Shown: positions 48,666 to 59,987 of the stretch, piece after piece
Layout: the number at the start of each line of letters is the position of its first letter
Position numbering within the stretch: position 1 is the first letter of the stretch
NCBI GenBank assembly: GCA_031835245.2
Contig: JAVKOQ020000089.1
Span: 62,001 to 126,000 of the forward strand
Direction of reading: 5' to 3'
Origin: Balamuthia mandrillaris
Taxonomy: Eukaryota
Length of the DNA stretch: 64,000 nt
The notes under the pieces: generated by a model
The model's input: only the letters and a program-made list of their open reading frames with translations
Told to the model about the DNA's origin: nothing
Databases searched by the model: none
Position numbers and translations under genes: made by a program

Positions 48666-50373
48666 TCAAGATGAAGATGAAGCACCTTTGCTTGCTTTCT
48701 CTTGCTCTTCTTCTTCTTCTTGCTCTTTTTCTTTTTCGTTGGTCTTTTTTGTTGGAGGTTGGAGTTCGGGTTCATCATCGAACATGTTGGTTTCTTTTGG
48801 GAAGATCTCTTGGAATGGAATAACGTTGCCTCTTGGGTTGTGTGCCTTTCTTGAGTTGTGATCATCTGCATTCATTCATTCTTACTGTTAAGCGCCTCGC
48901 AGGAAAAGAATAGGAACAGAAAAAGAAAAAAACAAAACACGAGGAAGCATACCAAAGATGGCGAAAGTGATGTGTTTAAAGTAACCATTGAACTCCTTTC
49001 GAATGACGTTATGGAAGAGTCTTGCCATATGACCAGGAGGATTGCCATAGGCACCGCATCCAAATGCGCTGAGGACAAGAGAGTCGTGGTCGTTGTCCAA
49101 AGCGATGGCAAGGATGGTTCGTATCTTGTTCTTTGTTGCTTCGGCGAGTTTGGAGGTCATTCTTGGTTCTTGGTCTTTGCCAAAGGTCTTTTGTTTCTTG
49201 CCTTTTCACAAATACAAAAGGAAGGTGAGAAACGAAAGAAAGCAAGAAAGACAACAAAGAAAGAGATCAAAGAAAGAAAGAACGAAGAAGACTAACCTCC
49301 TTCCAAACTGGGACGAGCATAGGCAGCTACAGCAATAAAATCTAAGGGTACAGGTTCAGGAAGGTAGGCGTAGCCCTTGTCCTCCGCCGCACGAAAGACA
49401 ACCACTTGTGGAGAGTAAATGCCTCCAAACTCGGGGAGAGGGTAATGCCATTTGCGACCTTTGTCCAGCCCCTCTGGATCTTCCAACGACTGATAGTAGT
49501 TACTTCGGCGAAACAGGTTTTCTGTTTGTGTTGTTTGGTTTCATTTGTTGGCAAGAAGAAAGAGAAAGAGACAAAAATGACCAAACCTTCTTGAGCGCCA
49601 GCACCATTACGATAGCCTCCTCCCGGCCGCCTGTAGGAGGCCATATTCAAGACGGCGGGCCTCATCCCTCTTCCCAACTTCAGCTCCAACGCTGCCTCTA
49701 TACAATCGCCCTGCACCACCTCCACGGAGGTCCTTTGCCAGCGCTTCCTGCGGATGTGTTGGCCGCGAACGGCGGCGAAGCTCTTCAGGCCGCCTGGCAC
49801 GTCCCTCCCCGTCGCGTCGAACTCATACCACTTGTTGCTTCGGACTTGTTGCAATAGAGCCTCTCTCGAGGGCAGTAATGAAACCGTTGCCCGCGTAGGT
49901 TTCTTCGTCCCTTCTTCCACCTCTTCTCCTTCGTTTTCTTCACTTTCTTCGTCACCCTTTTGTTCTTTTGGTTCGGTTGAAGCAGCAGAAAAAGTTGAAG
50001 AAGGAAGAAAGTAACGAAGCTGTTGACAAGTCTGAAAGGTGCCCTCCTGGACGAGGATGCGCATGGCGCGAACGGAGGTCCGATCGCCCAACGCCGAGTA
50101 GTAGTCGAACCATGCCTTCCAAGCGGCCGCATCAAAGTGCTGTTGCTTCAACAGCTCCTCACGCCGAGAGTCGTCCTGAATGTTCTTCCATAGCCGTTCG
50201 TGCTTGGTGCCGACCGGTTTCGTGGGTGGCTGAGAGACCGCTTTTTTTGTGGCGATGCTGGCGGTGGAAGCCGAAGAGGAAGTTGGCTTGTTGTTGTGGT
50301 GGTGGCCTGCTCCTCCTCCTCTTTGTCCCTTTTGACCTTTTTGTGGTCCTCTGCTTTCCCGTCCTCGCTGCAT
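48666..50373 (-). CDS. Microbial-type poly(ADP-ribose) glycohydrolase / TIGR02452-like macrodomain protein, multi-exon
   Basis: GDCIEAA, PAVLNMASYRRPGGGYRNGAGAQE|ENLFRRS (GGG-x6-QEE), GIYSPQVVVFR, LVLSAFGCGAYGNPP, FKHITFAI. Confidence 0.9.
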
Positions 50374-50776
50374 GTTGCTTGTTTTTGCTTGGCTGTTGAT
50401 GATTGACTTCTGTTGTTTTGGTATTTTTCTTTTCTTCTTTCTTCTTCTTCTTTTGTTTTTTTTGCAACAAGGAGCAAGGGGAGCACAGCAGTCAAGAAGG
50501 AAGTTCACGGAAAGGCGTGCGCTTTCTCCTTTTTTTCTCTTTCTTCTAAAAGTTTATAAAGGGCGACGAGAGTAGATAGGAGATTAGATAGGAGCGCGGA
50601 TAAGAGAGAGCCAAGCTAGCAGCGAGATAGGACAAGAGAGAACCAAATGGAGACAGGAGCAAGGACAGGAGCGCAGCGGGACAGCAGGGAGAGGAAGACA
50701 CGAGAGGGGCTACAAAAGAAAACGACGTCGGTCTGTCTTTTGAATCGCAATTGAGAACAGAGAAATGGTGGCTTTG

Positions 50777-51133
50777 CTAGTCCACGGATTGAAGGGCATC
50801 TCTTTCTTTCTCCTTCTGCTCCTCCTCCTCCTCCTCTCCTACCGCTGCTTGTTGGTGTTGCTGGTGATGCAGGGGAGGTGGTGCCTGTTGCTGTTGTTGT
50901 TGAGGGGCATAAGCGGTTGGCTGCCGTGGGGCAGCTCCGCCCGTCTTGCGATGGTATGCATCCAGAATGAGAGCATACCATTGGGTGAAGGTGGCCAACC
51001 GATGAGACAATGGACCCAATAAATGGGTTAACATATCTGTAAAGAATGTGTGGATCTGTTTTGTGTTGACATACAAGAAGAGAAACCAAAGTAAGCAAAC
51101 AAGAACAAAATCGAATATTATAACAATATGAAG

Positions 51134-51174
<41 letters not shown>

Positions 51175-51525
51175 ATACCAAATTGTCATCAGTAAAGAAC
51201 TGGACGCAATCGCCACGGGCCATAGGCTCCACTGGAACAATGACGGGAGGTCCTTGCTGTTGTTTAATGGCTTGTGCCTTCTGTATGCGTTGCACCCGCT
51301 CAAATGGCAAAATAATCTTTACAGTAAGAAAGAATATGAGTATCGTAACTGTGTTACAAATAGAAAAACAAACAAACATCGAGGCAAAGATTACCTTGAG
51401 GGTGTTGTCTCTGTCTTTGAATGAGAAGTGGTTGGTTGAGACATAGCTAACACCAGCCATGCCCACCGTACCGTTCAACACATTGCAGCCAAACACTTTC
51501 GCGAGGGAGCGAGAGCGAGAGAGAA

Positions 51526-51571
<46 letters not shown>

Positions 51572-52224
51572 ATGAATGAACGAACGAACGAACGAACAGG
51601 CAACCACAAGTAAAAGCATACCTCCCAGCAAGCGCTCAGTGGGCGGAAACTCAAACTCCCGCTGAAAGTTCGTTTCGGCTTGGTCGTTGAACTTTTTCCT
51701 CTCCTGCTCCACCGTCTCGCCCAACTTATCGATGCCCTTGCCGACCTCCTTCACCGCGCCCTCGAACATACGGCCCAGATTGGACAAGAAGCTTCTCGCC
51801 CTTTGCCCTCCCTGCTGTGGTGGCGGTTCTGTTTGGTTGGATGGATGGATCGGTTACGGTGGAGAGTGTCAAAAAAAAAACAATAAAGATTTGCCTTTGG
51901 AAGAAGGGAACAAAAAAAAAGATGAGAGAGAAAAAAGACGTACGCTGCTGCTGATACATTCGTTGTTGTTGCTGTTGCGGTTGGTAGCCTTTGTTTTTGC
52001 GATCACAAAAACAGAGAGCAGAGAGACATGAAAGACAAACCGGTGGCAGAAGCAGCGAAAGATATGGATTGAAAAAATAAACATGAGAGCGAGTGTTTTT
52101 TTTTAAAACAAAAGAGAGAAGAGTGCCATTTCATCCACGACAAATAAATAAAAAGAAGGGCAGGTCTTTGAAACGTACCCGCTTGTGGCGGCTGCTTGCC
52201 AAAGTCTTCTTCTTCGTGTTCCAT
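50777..52224 (-). CDS. GRAM-domain protein, multi-exon
   Basis: FQREFEFPPTERLLG|VFGCNVLNGTVGMAGVSYVSTNHFSF...IILPFERVQRIQK; exon 1 MEHEEEDFGKQPPQA splices in phase 1. Confidence 0.78.
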
Positions 52225-52587
52225 CTCTTCCTCTCTCTTCAGCGGTGCTTCCTCCCCTTTGTGTTTTTTGGTCGACAAAAGAAAGTTAGACAAAAAGAAC
52301 GGGGGGTTGGGACTTGGGAGAGAGAGAGAGAGAACTGCTCCAGTGGTGTTGTTGTTGAATCCTTTTTTTCTTTCTTTCTTCTTTACATACTATTGTTATT
52401 CATGTTTTGTTGGGTTTCCCCCAACCTCAAAGAATAAGAAACCATTTTAGTTGAGGCCTTCGGGGGGTTGTTTTCCACCCCACACCCACCGCCAAGCCTT
52501 TCCCCTCTTCCTTCACCCCCCCGTTCCTGTTCCCATCGCTGTTCCCTCCCCCCCTTTGCAGAGCAGTTTTACTCCAGTTGTTCAAGC

Positions 52588-53901
52588 TCATTCAGCAACG
52601 TCCTCCTTTTTCATCTTCTTGTCGTCCTCCGAGGAAGGGGCGACGGAGGGAGATGAGCCTGAAGACGAAGCAGCGGGTGCGTTCTCTTCTCCGCTTCTCT
52701 CCTGTTGGCCAGCACCTTTCTTGAAGAGGCCTTTCTGTATCCACTGATAGACGATGGTGTCCCAGGTCCTCTCGAAAGCAGCATAAACCGGTCTAACGAA
52801 AGCAGTGCCAACCACAAAAGCAAACCAAGAGGATACGATGGGGGGCACCACACTGGCACCTCTCTGATAGACCTTGCCACCCTCCTCCAACACGCGATGC
52901 ACCACCAGGGAGAGGGCCACAACGAGGGCAGCCGTCTTGGCCTCCACGTACTGGTAGGTAGGGTTGGGCTTGACGCGCTTCTCGTAGAGGGAGCGAGCGG
53001 GGCTTACCACGCCAGAGTCGATCTGCTCGCGGGCGTAGCGGATGAGGTTCACGGGGGACATGCTCTGGCGGACGGCCTCGCTGCGCAGCTTGAGATTCTC
53101 CCATTTGGCGGCCTTAATGGAGGCGAAGCGTTCGGTGGCCACTTGCTTCAACTCAGCCGCACGGGTCAGGTTTCTTTTTTGGTGTGAAAACAAAGTTAGA
53201 AATGGAGACAAGAGGAAAAGAGAGAAGAAAAAAAAACATACTCTTTTACAGAAGCAGGTCTAGGCCTCTGCTCAGTAGACTGTTGTTCCTGCTCTTGCTT
53301 TTGCTTCGGCAACAGGTAATCAACAGTGCACTCAGCCAAGTCCACAACGCGAGTGCTAACAGTTACGGGCAGGTTCTTGGCGGTCTGGACGGCGGTGCCC
53401 ACCTGCTGCGTGGTGTAGTGGAGCGCCTGTCTGCCAGACTCGAGGCGTTGCTTCACAGGAATGACCACATTGGCCTCCACTTTTTGTCTCGAGGACTGCA
53501 GCACCTCCTCGCTTGGTTTGATCACTTTGGTTTCCAGCTAGACATTATTTTGTTAGCATAAAGCTACAAGAGACGAGAGAGAGGAAAGAGATACGTACAG
53601 TATCAAGCTGTTGACAGCCAAATTGATCCATGTTGCGCAGGTAAGGCTCTCCCCATTGGAGCAGGGGGTTTGCCACCTTGTTGGAGAGGTTGGTCTCAGC
53701 CGACTCCAGCACCGACTTGACCAGCGGGTTGACCTGCTTGACGCTGTTGTAGTAGTGCTGGGCGGTGCCGCAGGCGTAGGAGACCAGACCATAGGAGCGG
53801 ACGCGTTGCACAAAGGCAGAGTCGAAGCTGCCTGGCTGGGAGGAGGAGGAAGCCTCACCCTTTGGAGTGGCAGCGATGGTGGTCGTGGTAGCAGTAGACA
53901 T
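52588..53901 (-). CDS. Perilipin / PAT-family lipid droplet protein, 3 exons
   Basis: FVQRVRSYGLVS...YYNSVKQVNPLVKSVLESAE...MDQFGCQQLDT|LE; VDLAECTVDYLLP. Confidence 0.8.
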
Positions 53902-54332
53902 TTTGTTTGGGCTGTAATGCGTAGTGTGGTGTGTGAGAGTATTCGTGCTAAAAAAAAAAGGTAGCGGGTTTTTTTTTGGTGTAGCGCGTATGTCTTTTGT
54001 TGTTACTGTTTTGTTTGTACGGTCACAAAAAGAAAACAAACAAATAGACTGAACGGAAACGCGTAGTGGAAAAAATGAGAAGTGCACGAAAGATTTGTCA
54101 GTGCCTTAAAAACAATATTTATGGACATTTCGCAAATTTCCAACCCTTTTTTAGCGAACGGGAGAATAAAAAAATTCCTAGGGGAAAAAATATACCACCA
54201 CGTCATCATTTCCCTCTTAAGGACATATTACACGAGTAACTCTCCCTCGAGTGGTTGCTACAGCGACAATTATTCACAAGGATTTGGTTTACAAAGAACA
54301 GCGAGAACTACCCTTCCGCACAGCAGAGACTA

Positions 54333-55532
54333 TCATCTTCCGAAGGAGTGGGCCTTCCCATCCTCTTCCTCGTCCATGTTCACCGAAAGCAGAGGCTGTC
54401 TTTCAGTGTTGTTGTCATCGTCGTTGTGCTGCCACACGAATGGCCTCTTCCATTCGTCCTCTTCCTTCTTCTCTTCCTTCTGTTTCTTCTTCTTTTGTTG
54501 TGCTAGCTCGTTATCCTCCTCCTGCAGTCCCTCATAACCCGGTCGCGTCACCGCAACGAACAAGCATCCAACGGTAGGGACGAGCAGCAACATCCAAACA
54601 GACAAGGTGATGATGCCGATCAAGAAGTCGGCAAGGGCTTTCTCCCTCTTCTCCTCGAACTCCTCTTCTGAGAACAGCTCGATGCTGGTGGTGGAGTCAG
54701 CCAGCTGGAGGTTGGGAGCTTGGTTGTCGATGTCCTCCACCGCGTCGGAAATGGTGTTGAGGAAGAAGTTTTGGAAGACGTTGGTCTTGACAGCCACCAT
54801 CCCATCCAGAGTGGTTCGGCCTTCCCACAGGGCTTTCACATGGGCAAAGCAACCTTCCTCCTCATCCTCGAGGTGAGAACGACAGCTCTTCCCGCCATCG
54901 CCCAAACAAACAACTGCAACGTGAACGTACTCCATTGATGAGGATGAAGAAGATGAGGAAGAAGAGGAAGAGGTGTGGTGTTTCTTTGGCAAAAGCGGGA
55001 ACGCGCAAGCCACGCGCGACGGTGAACGGTCGGACCCAACCACACGAGGCACCATTTCAATGGAGCTGTTGAGGTGTTTGAAAAAGAAGACGCTTTGGAA
55101 GGGGCCGGAATGTTGGATGTCTTCCAGCGAGGCCTCCTCCTCCCATCCCCAAAACTCCACTTTGCCGTAGTTCAGCTGCGTTACGCTCAGCCAAACCATG
55201 AGGCCCACGGAGAAGGCAAACAGGAGGAACCAAAACGTGAGGGAGAGATAAACCTCGAACAGTTGCAGCTTTGTGTCAGCAGAGTAGGAAGAACATTTGA
55301 AGCAGCTGCGGTAGAACAGGAGCGCGGCGACCAGAGTGATGACACTAAAGGGCCAGAGCAGCAGTATGCCGAACAACAGCCCAGAGATTTCTCGGTAGAA
55401 GAGCGCCATGGCTGCATTCATCATCAAGCAGAAGGGAAAGAAGAGGAAGGAGATGAAGAGCCATCCCAATACCATCCGCATGGGAGGGTTGGAGGGGCTG
55501 AACTTGGCCGCGAGGCAAGCTAGAAAGGCCAT
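54333..55532 (-). CDS. Intronless membrane protein of unknown function (about 4 TM segments, one large Cys-containing loop), copy A
   Basis: 399-aa ORF with three N-terminal and one C-terminal hydrophobic segments. Confidence 0.75.
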   Translation of the reverse strand: MAFLACLAAKFSPSNPPMRMVLGWLFISFLFFPFCLMMNAAMALFYREISGLLFGILLLWPFSVITLVAALLFYRSCFKCSSYSADTKLQLFEVYLSLTFWFLLFAFSVGLMVWLSVTQLNYGKVEFWGWEEEASLEDIQHSGPFQSVFFFKHLNSSIEMVPRVVGSDRSPSRVACAFPLLPKKHHTSSSSSSSSSSSSMEYVHVAVVCLGDGGKSCRSHLEDEEEGCFAHVKALWEGRTTLDGMVAVKTNVFQNFFLNTISDAVEDIDNQAPNLQLADSTTSIELFSEEEFEEKREKALADFLIGIITLSVWMLLLVPTVGCLFVAVTRPGYEGLQEEDNELAQQKKKKQKEEKKEEDEWKRPFVWQHNDDDNNTERQPLLSVNMDEEEDGKAHSFGR

Positions 55533-56305
55533 TTGGTACCTGGTCGGGAGGTGACTATAGCAGGAAACTAAACACCAAACTTAAAAAAAAAAAGGATAAA
55601 AATAAAAAAAAGAGCACCAGACAAACAACCTCCAGCCTTTGTTCACGGTAAAGAAGTGAGATTTCTGAGACGCCTTGAAAAGATAAGAGGAGAATTCTCT
55701 CTTCGTGCACGTTGCCCAACCCGAAGCCACGAGGCATTACAAATGAATTAGTTTTTCTTTTTTTAAGGGCTTGGTTATGTGCCTTTTCGTTGGTTTGTCA
55801 TCTTGTCTGAGGCAACACTTCCTTGAAGGAAGGGAAAACACAGCGACAACAGGACTGAGCTAGGAGCGCCAAGAAAAGGAGCATAATTGAAAGCAAGATG
55901 GATATTGTGTTTCTTACTTTGCTCTCTGAGGACACTTTATCCTCTATCCGCTTATCAGCTGGTTTACTTCTTCACGTTTCTTTTGGCTCGTTTCATACTC
56001 TTTGGTTGCCCGTCCTGTGCTTCTTCCTCATTTTTCTCTTCATCTGGGAACGCTCTCCTCCCCTCTATTTTGATAGAATGATTCGTCTTAGTCGAATGTC
56101 CCTAGCGTCGGTCGGACACCTTCCTTCGTTCCCACTTCTCCACACCCTCCATGGATGGACGATATGAGTGACACCCATCATTGAGAAAGCAACAGTACAT
56201 AATAATAATTTCTTATCTACACCTTCCGCACAGCAGAGACTATCATCTTCCAAAGGAATGAGCCTTCCTGTCCACTTCCTTGTCCATGTTCACCAAATGC
56301 TCTGG

Positions 56306-57353
56306 CTAGCTTTCAGTTTTGTTGTCATCGTCGTTGTGCTGCTGTACTAACGGCCTCATAGCTTCGTTAGCTTGCCTTTCGGCTTCCTGCTTTGTCTTCA
56401 ATGGCTCAAGCTCGTTATCCTCCTCCTGCAGTCCCTCATATCCCGGTCGCGTCATTGCGAAGACGAACAAGAATCCGACGGTAGGGACGAGCAGCAACAT
56501 CCAAACAGACAAGGTGATGATGCCGATCAAGAAGTCGGCAAGGGCTTTCTCCCTCTTCTCCTCGAACTCCTCTTCTGAGAACAGCTCGATGCTGGTGGTG
56601 GAGTCAGCCAGCTGGAGGTTGGGAGCTTGGTTGTCGATGTCCTCCACCGCGTCGGAAATGGTGTTGAGGAAGAAGTTTTGGAAGACGTTGGTCTTGACAG
56701 CCACCATCCCATCCAGAGTGGTTCGGCCTTCCCACAGGGCTTTCACATGGGCAAAGCAACCTTCCTCCTCATCCTCGAGGTGAGAACGACAGCTCTTCCC
56801 GCCATCGCCCAAACAAACAATCGCAACGTGCACGTACTCCGTAGATGAGGATGAAGAAGATGAGGAAGAAGAAGAAGAGGCTTGAAGGCGTGTCGCCGAT
56901 AAAAGAGGAAATGCACAAGCCATGTGCCATATTGAAAGGGATGTCTTCCAGCGTGGCCTCCTCCCATCCCCAGAACTCCACCTTGCCGTAGCTGAACCCC
57001 GTGAAGCCCAGCCAAACCATGAGGCCCACGGAAAAGGCAAAGAGGAATAACAAATATGCAAAGGAAAGGTGGGGCGAGAACCGTTGCAACCTTGTGTTAG
57101 GAGAGTAGGAAGAACGTTTAAAGCTGAGGTGGTAGAACAAGAGCGCGGCCAGCACAGGGTAGAAGAACACGGTGCAAAGCACCATTGTGCCGAACCACAG
57201 CCTGGAGTCTCCTCTGTAGACGAGTGCCATGGCTGCATTCACCCCCAAGCAGAAGGGGAGGAAGAGGAAAGAGATGAAGAGCCATCCCAATAACACCCGC
57301 ATGGGAGGGTTGGAGGGGCTGAACTTTGCCGGGAGGCAGGCAGGAAAAGCCAT
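56306..57353 (-). pseudogene. Frameshifted tandem paralog (copy B) of the membrane protein
   Basis: N-half is in ORF 56769-57455 and C-half in ORF 56306-57238; the segment between LEDI and ACAFPLL is largely deleted near 56920-56940, with a frame change. Confidence 0.7.
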
Positions 57354-58200
57354 TGGGTCGGTGGTGGGGTGAAGTACCCCGTTGTGCCTGTGGTGGTTGC
57401 TGACAATTATTAGAACAAAACCAACAATAAAATAAAATAACGCACTACTTCCCACTTTATCTGTAGCTTGTAAAGGTCAAACAAACTAGAGAGAGTTCCA
57501 AGAAATAAGACAAACGTAATTAACACCGACTCCTTCAGAATTCCTTGCACGAGGCATTACACGTCATGTTCCTTGTTGTGCGTTGGTCGTGCGTCGTTTG
57601 GGTGGTTTGTTGTCTTCTGTAGGGAAAGGGTAAACAAGCGAAAAAGAAAAGAAGAGGAAAAGAAATGCCGCTTGCATTTTGTTAATATCCGTCTTGCGGT
57701 TCATTCCTCCACAGCTGTTTGCTCATTTGTTTCTAAAGTTCTTTCTGCATCGTTTCGTTTGCTTTGGTTTCATGTCCTGCGCTTCCTCCTCCTTTATCTC
57801 TTCAATCCTGGGAACATCCTCTTCCTTGCTTTCTTTCAATTGGTTTTTCCTTGCCGAAGTTCCAGAGCATCAGACGCCATCCATCGTTCGTCTACTTCCC
57901 AAACTCCAACCTTTTCGATGGAGAAAGAGGGTGGCGAGAAGCAGAGGAATAGGGAATCGTGGAGTGGTTGTTTTATATTTGTGTATAAAGAAAGCAAGGA
58001 TGTTCGGAGGGGGGAGGGAGCTATCTTATGATAAGCGTTCACCAGTAGGTAATCCTTTCGAGCCTACAGCCATTAGTCCATGATGCACGGTTTTGCCCAT
58101 AGAATGAATGTAGTGCTTACATCCGTGTTAATACTCATTTCCTCCATCTTGCTATTCGTGCAAATGCTCATTTCCTCCGTAGTTTGTACATCGTTGTGCC

Positions 58201-59511
58201 TTATGTAGCACCTTGGTTCGTTTTGCCTCGTTTCATATGCTTTGGTTTCATGTCCTGCGCTTCTTCCTCCTGTATCTCTTCTATCTTGGGGAGTTCCGCC
58301 TCAGATTGATTCTTCCAAGTCAAATGTTCCAGAGCAGAGGAAGATACCGTACTTCGTTCCCACTCCTCTACTTCCTCCAAAAATGCATTACTTCCCTCTT
58401 TCAAAACATGTGTGTACACCACTACCGGCTCTTCCGTTTGTGTTTTTCCACATGTATTCTTCCTTCGTCCTCGTAGTTGTCTTCTCTTTCTTCTTGTTAC
58501 TCTGCTTTCGCTTGACTCCGGCTGTTCCATTGCCAGACCCAAAGACGAAGACAATTCTTCATCATCTCCTTCAGCCCGTCCTAGTTGTTGTTTGTTGAAT
58601 CGTTGGAGAAAGCGTTCTCGGCGAGCATCGATCTCTTTCTTTTGCTCCAAGAGTCCGCGAGCGCGGTCCAAATCCTCTGTGGCTTCCGCATTAAGAGGAG
58701 CCAGTCTTAACGCCTGTTCAAAGCTTTCGACCGCCAGAGATATATCTCCTATTGCACCACGTTCCGAGTGTGAATAGCACAGAAGCAAGAAGAAGAAGAA
58801 GAACAAGAAGAAGAAGAAGAAGAAGAAGAACAAGAAGAAGAAGAAGAAGAAGAAGAAGAAGAAGAACAAGAAGAAGAAGAAGAACAAGAACAAGAACAAG
58901 AAGAACAAGAAGAACAAGAACAAGAAGAAGCAGGAGGAGGAGGAGGAAGAAGAAGAAATACCGTCATTAAGCTGAGCACGGCCAAGCGTGACAAAGCCCT
59001 TAGAGAAAAAGGCATAGTTGGCACGCACACTCGGTTAAAGAAAATCATTAAATAAAATGCAAAATACCTCAGCCCAATGCGGGTCCAATGTGGTGGCCTG
59101 CATGGCAGCATCGACGGCGCGCAGCGTGTAGCCCAGCTCCAAAAGGACCTGGGCTCTCATCTCATGCAGGACTGCGTGGCCGGGCATAAGGCGGAGGGCG
59201 CTGTCCCATTTGGTGAGGGCCGCTCTAAAGTCGCCTCTCTCCGCGAGGGCGCTGCCCTCCTCTTTTAGTCGACAGCTCTCTTGTTCGGGGGTTGGTGCGT
59301 CCCCCTCCTCTCTGGCTCTCTTCTTCCTCTTCTCATGTTGTTGTTTGGCGTGCAGTTTGGATCGCTCGGCAAAGCGTTGCAAAGCGTTCAGGCCACGAAC
59401 AACTGGCACCGGCTGTTGAGTGGAATGTGGGCGTTGTGCGCTTGTTGCTCTTTGCCGTTGGGAAGGGAAAGCAACCCGTTGCGATTTGATGTGGAAAGGG
59501 TGCACCTCCAT
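58201..59511 (-). CDS. TPR protein (TTC33-like), 3 exons
   Basis: RLKEEGSALAERGDFRAALTKWDSAL...LHEMRAQVLLELG...LDPHWAE|GFVTLGRAQLND|GDISLAVESFEQALRLAP. Confidence 0.8.
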
Positions 59512-59987
59512 CCTCCTTTCCTTCTTTTTCTGTTTTTTTTTTGTGGCGTTGGAAATTTCCAGGAGAAATTAACGTCGACAGAGTCGTCATAAAATATTCA
59601 ATGTCGACATGGAATTCATCCTGGTTCCTATTTTCCTTTTGCCTGCATGGAACATTCGAAAACTCAACAACGATTAGCGAGACTAGAAGTGGAGAGAGTT
59701 TTCTGGGCAGGTCCCCACTTACTAGCTTCCTCCTTCTTCTCCAGGCAGAGGGAGGTAGGTTTGGACGATCAAAGAAAGTAACTTTAAATTAGTGGAAAGT
59801 TCAAAGAATAGAACAACTGTTATGGACAGTTTTTCAAACAAAACAGTTTCCTTCTCTCATTTTGAAAGTTTGAAAAACGTGATGGCACCACTTTTGAAAA
59901 ATATAAAAGAAGCAACTCCGTTTCTTTTCTTCTCTCTGTTTCAAAACAACATAACAAAGCACAAACACCACATCCTACTGTAACAAG

